Shown here: piece after piece, positions 39,053 through 49,594 of the stretch
Layout of the letters: each line of letters starts with the position of its first letter
How positions within the stretch are numbered: the stretch's first letter is position 1
DNA from: Thalia democratica
Lineage: Eukaryota
Reading direction: 5' to 3'
Assembly (NCBI GenBank): GCA_965202585.1
Contig: OZ241832.1
Location: forward strand, 46,128,001 to 46,192,000
Length of the DNA: 64,000 nucleotides
The notes under the pieces: generated by a model
Databases searched by the model: none
The model's input: the letters and a program-made list of their open reading frames with translations, nothing else
What the model was told of the DNA's origin: nothing
Translations under genes and position numbers: made by a program

Positions 39053-40585
39053 GATTATAGAGATGATGGACTCGGTGTTATTGATCTTTCAAAACCTCTT
39101 GTTTACGAAAAAATTAAAAAGTCAACGTTTAGATTAATGTCTGATATCGGTTTTAAAATAACTTTAGAAATAGGAGCGCAAATAACGAATTTTTTAGATG
39201 TTACTCTAAATTTATCTAATAATACTTACCGTCCGTACCGTAAACCGAATTCTTTATTAAACTTTATCAATATTAATTCTGACCACCCTTATCATGTAAA
39301 AAAATGCCTCCCGGTAATGACACAAAAACGTCTAAGCACCCTCTCTTCGAATGAAAAGATATTTAACGAAATAAAAGCACCGTACGTAAATGAATTAAAA
39401 AATCGAGGTTTTAAATGTAAATTAAAGTATGAAAAATTAGATGTAGATAAAAAACGCAAAAAACCGCGTAACCGACATATAATGTGGTATAATCCTCCAT
39501 ATTGCTCTTCAGTTAATATAAACTTAGGTAAAGAATTTTTAAAGCTAGTCGATAAACACTTCCCCTATAGCCACTTTTATAACAAAATTTTTAATAGAAA
39601 GACAGTTAAAATTTCTTATAGTTGCATGAGTAATGTTAAAACTTTAATACAATCGCACAACAAAACAGTAATTTCAAATTTTAAAAATAGACATATCAAA
39701 GCTAACACAAATAATAACTCTAGTAATAAAGTTAGTAATAACGTAGATATGAACAATATTTCTAATTATACTAATCAAATTAATAATAACAGTAATAATA
39801 ATAATAATAATAATTTTAATAACAGTAATAATAATGATAATCCTAATAGTAAAAATTATAATTATAGTAACAATAATGTAAAACATATTAAAACTTTAAA
39901 CATTAAAGATATAAGCTATAATGATAACTTTAATATTAGTGATAATGAAAATATCCATATCAATAGTACTAACAATAGTGTAGATTATAATAATCAACGT
40001 ATAACTAGAAGTATTTCTAAAGTGATAAAAGAAAACTTAGAACAAGTAAGTGATAATAGTGCTAAAAGTATAAGTAAAATGCATAACAATAAAACTATAA
40101 ATAAATATTCAAAACCAACTAACCCTAATAGTATTAAGTTAAGTAATATGCCTAAAACATGTAATTGCCGTAAACTAAACAAAGATAACTGCCCATTAAA
40201 AGGTAATTGTTTAATTAAAAATGTAATTTATAAAGTTAAAGTTGAAAGTAAGGGCCCAGATAAAATTTATATCGGAAGTACAGCAGGTAGTTTCAAGGAT
40301 AGATATGCTAATCATAAACATACTTTTAAAAATATAAATAAAAAACAAAGCACGCGTTTATCGGATTATGTCTGGAGCTTTTTTCACAGGTACGGTAAAA
40401 GGCCAAACATGGAGTGGAGTATTGTTTCAAAGATCAAACATGCATCCAACGGAGTAAGTAGAATTTGCCCAACTTGCAATACAGAAAGAGCAGTAATTGC
40501 AGCAGAAGATAAAGACCTACTTCTGAATAAGCGGCAAGATTTATCGAATATCTGTCCCCATAACCGACGATTCTACTTTAAATAA
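39053..40585 (+). CDS. PLE RT (from YRDD) plus thumb plus GIY-YIG endonuclease; partial ORF
   Basis: Open frame YRDDGLGV..., FLDVTLNL, YRPYRKPN, SDHP, WYNPPY, YSCM, CNC-x7-C-x5-C linker, VIYK...IYIGST...F.DRY.NH, ICPTC, LNKR...CPH. Confidence 0.9.
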   Translation, partial: DYRDDGLGVIDLSKPLVYEKIKKSTFRLMSDIGFKITLEIGAQITNFLDVTLNLSNNTYRPYRKPNSLLNFININSDHPYHVKKCLPVMTQKRLSTLSSNEKIFNEIKAPYVNELKNRGFKCKLKYEKLDVDKKRKKPRNRHIMWYNPPYCSSVNINLGKEFLKLVDKHFPYSHFYNKIFNRKTVKISYSCMSNVKTLIQSHNKTVISNFKNRHIKANTNNNSSNKVSNNVDMNNISNYTNQINNNSNNNNNNNFNNSNNNDNPNSKNYNYSNNNVKHIKTLNIKDISYNDNFNISDNENIHINSTNNSVDYNNQRITRSISKVIKENLEQVSDNSAKSISKMHNNKTINKYSKPTNPNSIKLSNMPKTCNCRKLNKDNCPLKGNCLIKNVIYKVKVESKGPDKIYIGSTAGSFKDRYANHKHTFKNINKKQSTRLSDYVWSFFHRYGKRPNMEWSIVSKIKHASNGVSRICPTCNTERAVIAAEDKDLLLNKRQDLSNICPHNRRFYFK

Positions 40586-40948
40586 CTCTGTCTATTTATG
40601 TACTAATTTATTTCACAAAACTCACATATACTTGCAAGTTTAATACTTCATGTTTTTAAGCTGTATAAATTATTGAACAATTTGTTAAAATTATTATGAC
40701 GTAACATTTCTGCACAACTCAATTTAATTTTCATTTTTAAAACCTGCCTATTCTTAGAGCTTTTTGAGGTTAGTGGCTACTTTTATTAAATTTGTTTTTT
40801 TTGTAGACAATTTTATAATTTTATGCTTTTATCCCAAACTTTGTTTTTAAACCATAAAGTCCATTTATAGTTACTACCTAGATAAATACTATACATAATT
40901 ATACATGCTTTTTTCTGCTTTTTTTCTAATGTGTGTTAACATTTTATA

Positions 40949-41002
40949 GACTCCGTAGATCTGTTCTTAAATTTATTTGAGAGCAGTGAAACGCCGTTAG
41001 TT
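40949..41002 (+). ncRNA. Putative type I hammerhead ribozyme motif with a variant or decayed core
   Basis: GACT-CCGTAGA-T-[CTGTTCTTAAA/TTTGAGAGCAG hairpin]-T-GAAAC-GCC-GTT-AGTT follows hammerhead topology and sits where PLE pseudo-LTR hammerheads occur; the core differs from CUGANGA. Confidence 0.5.
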
Positions 41003-41436
41003 GAAATAAAGTTTTAGCACAAGAACATCTGTTGTAAGATTATTTAATATTTTTTGGTTTGTAAAGTTTGCTAGCTAAACCTTTCGTAAGTTTGTATCGA
41101 AACAAATCAGAAACTTTTTAATTAACTAATAAATGGTTATTTGTGCAGGAAAATAGATAAAAAACTGTTTTTTCAAATATTCACAACTACTTTATATTTC
41201 CATTATTTATGTTTGTATCAAAAAATTATGCAGAAGCTAATTTATTGTTTAAAATTGTAACTAAACATATAATTCATTTGTATGACGTTTTGGCCAAATT
41301 AATATCCAAAAGATGTTTTGAAATAAAAAACATAAAAACAAAGAATACTTTGTGTTTTAAATCTGCATTGAATTACAATCTACAAAAATTAATAAATCTA
41401 CTGGTCAAAAGTCTTTGGATTTTCTGGATCAAGCCA

Positions 41437-42300
41437 TGAAACGAATGAACAAGACAATTGGGTCGATCGGCGTATCTATAAGAGTTTCTAAAGAGGAAGA
41501 GCTACCTTTAGAGAACCTTCAGATCACAAAAAGTTGATACTTAAATTTTCTCGAAAGAACTTCGATTCCTCAATCGTCGTCTGCGCGAACGAAGAGAAAG
41601 TCTTTAAAGAGATTGAGAGAAGGTGCGAGTGGGAGGTTACGCTCCCTTCAGTTCTTCAAAACGATGAAGCCACGGGAAACATTGAAGAAGAAAAAGTCAA
41701 GTCTGGACGAATTTTTAAAGCCCTAGTCTAAGGCAAGCATGAAAAAGATGCGAATGTTGAAGGAAAGGGAGTAGGCGGAGGTGTCGCAGCTGTGCATACA
41801 AGATTACGATTGCGATCAAGACGAAGCAGAGCCGATTCCTTTCAGACGCGGAAATTTTCAAGCCGTGCGCGAACACCACCCAAAAGAGGTCGGTCTCAAA
41901 GAACTCAAAATCCGAGGAACAACACCAACAGAAGCAAAACATGGAAGAAATTAAAAACTTCTACTACAATGAAAAAAACAGCTGGTTTACAAAATCTATA
42001 GTTACCATGAAGAAGTTAAAGTTTTGAGCAAGAAGACCGGGAAAGGGCTTACACAAAACGTCGTTTCGTCATAGAACAGCACAAGCTGAACAAGCAGATA
42101 TAGAAGTATACAAACGACCTAAGTTCAAACCAGCCCGATTTCACTTTCCGTACAAAAAAGAGGCCCAGCTGTTTTGACTGCGAAATATAAAATGCGAAAC
42201 ATTAGAAGAAAAAAGTTATCAAAAGCTTATTGTTGAAAACAAGTTTAACTCCAAGGTTAAGTTCAAACAACCTTCTACAAAACCGATCAATGCATAACAT
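41437..42300 (+). pseudogene. Decayed coding-like island of unknown identity
   Basis: GC well above the flanks; one frame from ATG 41437 runs about 220 codons with a handful of stops; no recognised domain. Confidence 0.4.
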
Positions 42301-43989
42301 GATAGTAGCTTATAAAGGTACATAAAAGGACAAAACAAATTTGGTCAAAGAACAGAAGCCCTCGTCAAAATTAATCAAGTTCGTTCCTCTGACCAACTCT
42401 CGCAAGCTAAAATTGGAGTCTAAGATCTGGTTCAGAAGTTACAAATTAGTTATCAAAATTTCTTGTTTGTTTATTTAGTTGTTAAAACAAGTAATATGAT
42501 TATTACTTAATAAAATTTAAAGTTTTTTTAAACATTAAAAAAAATATTTAATTGATATAGTAAAACCTTTCAAGCTAATTTACATCTCTAGATTTACACA
42601 ATTTTAATATTATTTTAAGTGTGCTAGATATCTTTCAATAAAGTTAAAATACATTTAGATAAAACCTTTTGCAGGTAGATTTAATAAGTTATGTAAAACT
42701 GAACAGTTAATATAAACTTTCTTTTTAAGATGTTTGTTATTTTAGAATATATTCAGTTAGTGTGTAATACTTATAAAATCTTTTTAAACACTTAAATTTT
42801 TGAAAACAAAAACTCACAGCTGGTGTTTTTGTCAAAGTATTTTATACTTTGGTATTTTTAATTAAAATTTTTTACATGATAACTGAAATGCAGAGAAAGT
42901 CGATTTTCCTCTTTTTCACATGTTTTTCAATTTCAGTATGGATTTTTTATTTTTTGTTTTATTAACAAAAGTACGGCAGTATTTTTCATTTTGTTTTAAA
43001 TAACTTACTTTTGTCTAAAAAGGAATACAAATGTATACCAAATGGTTTTTATTTAAAAATATCTTTTGTTGTTGTGGTAAATAGATATTGCAGTTTGTTT
43101 GTTGTATTTAAGTTTTTATTTTGGTGATAATAACACAAGTGTATTTAAATAGATAGACATTGACAGCTCTAAAATAAAGACTTTATTGTTATCAAAATAG
43201 TATTTTACATACACGATTTCGTGGATACATTATTTTTAAACGTTTAATTAATTTTGATAAATCTACAAAAAACAGTTGTTTTTTTTCTGTTTTTATTTTT
43301 TTTTTGTGACAGACAGTTATTTAAAGTATATAATTTTATTCTGAAATATAACAAAAACAACAACAAATAAATAAAACAATGCAACAGGATTTTTATAAAC
43401 AGAATTCTATTAAATCTAGCTGTCCAAAGTCCAACTCCCTACTCGTCATATTATAATAAATAAATTGGTCGGCAGGCGTTTGTTGGATATGGGTAAATTT
43501 GAGAAAATATGTATTATCTTATGCCGCATTGCAGTTTCAGTTTTTACTATTTTAAAACTAGTGTCAGTTTCGAATTTGCCGCAAACTTTACTTCGGTCTT
43601 AACATAAAGGTTCGATAATTAAACAACAAGCTTTCGGTAGACGATAACCCGGGTCTCAGTCTAATCCTTTGAAATTTTAAAATTAATTTATTACATTGAG
43701 TACAAGTGAAACTTTTTTTCATATATTGCAACTAAATTTAATGTTTATAAGTCAAAAATGTTATCACTTCGTTTATTAGTTGGCCAATTTTTCAATAAAT
43801 TTTGTGTTTTAGTTTTAATTTTACTGATACTAAAAAAAAACATAGCTGTAGAAAAGCATTTTTTTTCTATTTAGAGGTAACTAAAAAGATGTAACAAAAA
43901 TACATTCTGCGGGCGGTCGTGCTTTCTTAATTTAAATTAAGATATAAATCATATTCTGTCCTGAACAAGACGTTAAAAGGTATCCAATA

Positions 43990-46900
43990 GGTGTGCGACT
44001 CGATAACCGAAAAGTTATTCGTGCAACAGGTCCTACGACCAAGTATTTTAAGCGTCTTTTTATTTTTGTAGTTCAATAAACTATAATGTTGAAAAACCAT
44101 AAACTAAATTGAATGAAGTAATCTTTAAATCAGCACAGTCGCTTACCTTACTCACATCCAAAATAGCATGATACTTCTAAACGTTTATTACCAAAATGAA
44201 AATAATCAAGTTTATTAAAAAAACATATACAAAAGACGAGATGTGGACAAGACATATGTTTCTGCTAGACGGGCCTCGGTTTGCAAACTCCTGCTTTTAA
44301 ACTTATCGAGAAGTTTTGAAATGTTAGGAGACTTAAGGTATTACAACGTAAATTATTTTATTTTTATTATTATATTTTATTTCATAAATATGCCTTACAT
44401 TAATGTTTTAGTGTACTTTCTTAACAGATTAGTAATTAAAAGCTTTTTTAAAAAATATAGTTTCACTTTATAATACTAAAAATATAGCGTTTCGTTTTTT
44501 TATTGTCATAGTGTTGCACCTAGTTAGTTAAAACTACATTGATAACATGGATTGTAAATTTAAAAAATATAAAATCAATTAGCTTTTTATTAATAGAATT
44601 GTTTTTAACCTTAATAAAAAGTATTTACTTATGCTTATTAAAGTCGCTTTATACTTATGCTCCTTATATAAGCAAAAAGTACGTTGTTTTTAAAAGTTTT
44701 TTAGGTTAAAAGTACTATTTATACTTTAGTATTCTTACTCAATGTTTGCGCATAACTACGTAACTTTTGTAATTTTGACTAGCATAATTTTTGGTTTAAA
44801 TAGTTTTTTTATAAATGTTGTTAATAAAATTATTCACTTAATTTATTTTTTTCAAAATTTTGGTTATATAAAAAAAATAACTTTTTTTCTTAAATTTTTT
44901 TAGTAACAACTATTTTCGTGTGGATATTGCAATAATTTTTTCAAGCATACATTTTCAGTTTAAAAGACATAAAAATAAAAGTCTGTACACTAGTGATTGT
45001 TTAAATAGCTAAAAAAAAGTTTAACAGAATCAAGCAACAATAAAGCAATATTAAAATTAAAATTTACTTAAAAAAATTGTTTCTAAATATCACTTAGACT
45101 AATGTTTCTTAAAGTTTAAAACTGTGAGAAGTGTAGCTGCTTAAAAAAAAGTTGATTTTTTAATAGTTTAAAATGCAGTTAAAACTTTTTTTTTTTTATT
45201 CCGAAGTATTTCATACTTATTTAAATCAGTAGTTATACTTTAATCACAAAAAAAGTTTCTTTTTACTTAAAATAACAGACTGCTTCTGATCTAGTAGGCA
45301 TATTATTTTATTATTATGACATACTGTGCAAAGTTGTTAATAAGTACGATTATACTGGTGTAGTTAGTTGCTCGTCTTTTAAAAAGTATAATGTTAAGTG
45401 CATTGTTACAAACAAATAACGAAATTTATTTACTATCTAACTGTTTGACACAAATTTTACATACATTATAAGTTATTGAAAAAGTATTTATTAAACAATT
45501 CAGACAGCTATTGAGTTTCACTACGAAAAGATTTTTAAACTGTGATTGTTATTAAAAAATAAAGTATTTATTATAACTTAACTTGTTTATCTTACGAAGT
45601 AATTAAATACTTAAAACAAAAAAATTCTTCTAGCTTAATATATTTAATTAAGCACGTCACTTCAATCAGTTCTTTTATTTAATGACAAACAGCTGTAAAT
45701 GACAAGCAAAGAGGTAATAAAAACTCCAGGAGAAGTTCTAGAGCTGTTTAACTTGCTTAATGAGTACAAAACTTTGTTTTCTGCTATTTCTGATATGGAA
45801 AACAGCATCGAGCGATTTTTCTCACAAATAGTCGAGGATGAAAGTCAAAGTAACATGGAAAACAAAAATTTACTGATTCATGATCTTGAAAACTACATTA
45901 AAGGGTCAGAAGATCTTGTTATAAAGTATCAATCGTATAAAGCAAGATTTGATAAAAGCATAAAAGCTGCTGAAAGTTTAGTTGATATAGGATATAGAAG
46001 AAAACATATAAGCTTTGAGGAGATAACTAAGTGTTATGTGTTTAAAAAACTCAAAGATATGGTTATAAACCAAATTATTTTCATAGAAGAAAAAAAAGAA
46101 AACAACTTACTGCACTTGAGGTTAATTAAAGGAGGTCTACATCCAAAAGTTGTTGAAAGCTTTACTAAGGTAGTTTATACTGAAGAAGATACTTTAAATG
46201 ACGATGATAGTTGCTGTATTTGCTTGTTGTCTCGTACAACTTGTCAAGTAATAATGGTACTACCATGTGGTCATAAATACCATGAAAAGTGTGGAGAAAA
46301 GCTGTTTGAAAATTCTTATTTTTGTGCTATGTGTAAGCGATCTTTTAGATAGCTTTTGAAGAAGTTCTTTTCAGTCTAGGAACAAATACCATAATACATT
46401 ATGTACTAACTAAACTGTTCGTTTAACTTATTAGTGGTAGAATCAATTAAAACTTCTTACGTTTTCAATCATCATTTTACTTAATCGCTTTTTAAATATT
46501 TTAAATTAAACATTACAGTCAATGTTTTTGCTTAAAAATGAATGAAATAAACATTTTAATTTTTTTTAGTAAAACTTTATACAATATTTTAGGTATAAGT
46601 TACATTATCTAATTGAAAAATATAAGTTTGAGTATAAAAATATATCAACTGTCATTATGATAGTAAGTAATAAACTGTTAATGTTTTTTAAGTAAGAAAA
46701 CTATCTACTTTACTTAACACTATGAGGCTAAGCACTATACTAATAGAAAAAACCATGACGTTAAAGAAATACTTTTAATTACGATGATATTTGAAGAATC
46801 GAATACATTGATATAGACTTTTTCGTTTTTTTTATAAAGATAATAAATTTATTTTTAAACTATCTTATCATACTAATTATAGTATATAAATATATTACTT

Positions 46901-48897
46901 CAAATTTTTGTGCTTAATATTTATTGCTTTAACTTAAAGCTAAAACAATAGAAATTCTTTAAACTTGTATTTACATAAAGATGAATGGTAGAAAACCAAA
47001 GCTTATTGAAGCTTCGTATATCCAGATCCGAGTTAATTTTTAAAACTAAAACGTGGCCTGAACTGGATCCGGATAAGCTTTTTAAAATTATGATCTGGCC
47101 GCAACGGGATGTTTGTGAAAAAAGATCGGATCACTTTCATATCAATAAAAAGTGGTTAATTATAAGTTATAAACAAATAAATGATCATGGTTAAGTTTTT
47201 GCTTTAATTAATTATCTTAAAAGTTAAAAAAGTTTTGTCGGTTTTATTTTTTGCTGATATTTATTTTGTACAGTTTTTAATGCTTAAAAAACTTTCTGTT
47301 TTAATAAACTTTAAGTTAAAAGCTAAACTTGGTTTTCTTTTTGATTCTATTAGTAGAAATTTCTTTGAATTTTACTTACTTAAATAAACCTCCCGCAAAA
47401 TTATATGCTAAATAAATATCGCCTGTTATGTACAAAACGCTGCCATTGTTTTCCCATTTAGTTTGATAGAAATGGAAAACACAAAATAAACGTTTGTAAA
47501 CCTACAATGTAAATCAAATAAATTTTTTAAAAGTATTGAAAATGTGAACTTTAGTTTATTTATATCTTTTTAGAGTACGTAAATAAAATATTATGGCTCT
47601 TACTTTATTTAAAGAACTTGTAGATCCTGATCTGTTTTTGGATAACATCTACCGGACCAACAAAATAAAAATCCGGCCGAAACCGGATCCGTATCTGTTT
47701 TTTAAACATTATAATTGGGATAGTTGATCCTGTACATCAGTAGAGTAGCGTGGTATTTTTGTAAGGTTGTGCGCAAACTTAAATCCTTATGTTTTAAGCT
47801 ATATAATGTACGTTGTAAATATTTCAATTGAAATAATTTTATTTAAAAATTGTCTAAGTAATTGTTAAAAAAACACTTATTTATTTCAGAACGTAGCATT
47901 TTAAATTAAATATAGTCTGCTCAAATGAAAGTCGATTATAGTATCTGTATTTGCACAAATATTAACTTACTAACACAAAACTATTATTTATTGAATTATA
48001 AATAAACAACAACTTTTATATTGAAATAAAAAAATTTTTAAGTAACTAGGAAAATTACCAAAGTTCTTAATAACTTATAAATAAAAAAATATTATAAAAC
48101 AGATAAATGACAAAATAAAAAATAAAGTTTAGTCAGGTTTAACAAAAAAAAAGCAAAACAAACTAAAGGTAATAAAATCTAATAACAAAAAATATTCATC
48201 TTAAACATGTAAAATTTCTCAAAGAATCAATAAAGTTCTCAATACAAATAAAAAATAAAAGACAGACTTTTCTTCGAATAGAAAAAATTAACACGCATTG
48301 CAAAATCTATTTATTAGTTCACTAGTTGCAAACTAAGAAAATTAAAGGTGTAAAATAATTCATTAAAAAAAATTATTCATTTAAAAAATCCAATTTTTAA
48401 TTTAATATACAAAAATTTTATTCTAAAGTGTGCATAATTCTTTTTTAACAAATAAAAAATAGAAAGCAAATTGTAGTCAGATTTAGCTTTCGATACACAG
48501 AATAAACAAGTAAATCAAATAAAATATATATAGTTCAGTATTTGTAAACTAATGAAACTAAATTTGTCAAACAACCTATAAAATTGAGACCTTATAATAA
48601 ATAAATTTAATAAAAAACTTATAAAAACTTTTTTAAACCAAATAAAAAGTTTGAAATTAGAAATTAAAATTGTTTAAGAATTAAAAAAAAAATTAATTAA
48701 TTTTTGTTATGTAGTTTTTTTAGCTTTGTTACACTATAGATCTGTAAAAGTTAGTAGAATAAAAGTTATTAAATAAATAATAATTTACTAAATATTTAAG
48801 TAATAATTGTTTTATTGAACGATAAAAAAAGCGCTCAAAAAGTTTGGTCTAAGGACCTGGTGTACAAAGGAACCTTTCGGTTATCGAGTCGTACACC
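43990..48897. mobile_element. 4.9-kb TIR-bounded element with no visible transposase, carrying a RING ORF
   Basis: GGTGTGCGACTCGATAACCGAAAAGTT versus the reverse complement of the right end GGTGTACGACTCGATAACCGAAAGGTT (25/27); similarity continues inward about 90 bp; flanks CCAATA / ACAATA. Confidence 0.65.
45699..46352 (+). CDS. Intronless RING-H2 (C3H2C3) protein, putative E3 ubiquitin ligase, 217 aa
   Basis: C-x2-C-x14-C-x-H-x2-H-x2-C-x10-C-x2-C at the C-terminus; helical, coiled-coil-like N-terminus; uninterrupted ORF in very AT-rich DNA. Confidence 0.85.
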   Translation: MTSKEVIKTPGEVLELFNLLNEYKTLFSAISDMENSIERFFSQIVEDESQSNMENKNLLIHDLENYIKGSEDLVIKYQSYKARFDKSIKAAESLVDIGYRRKHISFEEITKCYVFKKLKDMVINQIIFIEEKKENNLLHLRLIKGGLHPKVVESFTKVVYTEEDTLNDDDSCCICLLSRTTCQVIMVLPCGHKYHEKCGEKLFENSYFCAMCKRSFR

Positions 48898-49377
48898 ACA
48901 ATATTTGAACTGCGTTCTTTATTAAATCTAGTGTTGGTGCTATTTTCAAACTTGATCTTTTTTACCTTCGACAATTAGCTTGTTTGATTTTTTTTTTAAT
49001 TTTGTAACGTTCAATACAATATCTTTGATACTATTTTCAATATTTCTTTTATCAAAAATCTAAAAGTTAACCAACAATTTTCTTTAACTTTTTATATACT
49101 ATAACTGTTCAAAAATATAGGTTTAATCGTTTGCTAACAAAAGAAATAACTTCACTGGAGTATAAATAAAAACAAATTGTACAGTAATCTTCCTTTATTG
49201 TACCAACATATGTTTCTGTGTGTTAACGAATCAACACACTTCAACTGGGTTCTGTAAAAAAATAATTACTGTAATGAAAGAATAGAAGCATAGAGTAAAG
49301 TAGGTGTGTACATGTTTTCATTAAAACAAAATAATTTCTACAGATAATACTTAATAATAGGTAAATTACTTGATATT

Positions 49378-49594
49378 AGGTCCGACTTAAATGCGCATAA
49401 TTCTCACCCGATTAAATCCGAAAACCGCTTACCGACCAAGGGTAAGGGTTAGGCTTAGGGGTAAAAGTCACTATAAAACATTATATAGAAAAAATAAAAA
49501 ATAAGCAAATAAGTTTAAACAAATGACAAAAAAAAAATTGGGTGGGAATTGTGCGGTCGAAGATGATCGCGGGTGGGAGTTGTTAGTATACCGT
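49378..49594. repeat. Unclassified dispersed repeat with TTAGGG-like core and GGGTGGGAATTG end motifs
   Basis: AGGGTAAGGGTTAGGCTTAGGGG at about 49440-49461; the end 49540-49594 has an inverted relative at about 50100-50170. Confidence 0.45.

Larger units (their letters stand above)
39021..41034 (+). mobile_element. 5'-truncated Penelope-like retroelement (GIY-YIG PLE)
   Basis: RT C-terminal half plus GIY-YIG ORF, 3' hammerhead-like motif, and a 13-bp direct repeat TAAGATTATTTAA on both sides (39008-39020, 41035-41047). Confidence 0.88.

Noticed and set aside
39674-40182. Ile-rich minus-strand ORFs
   Set aside because: Reverse reading of the AAT-rich PLE insert.
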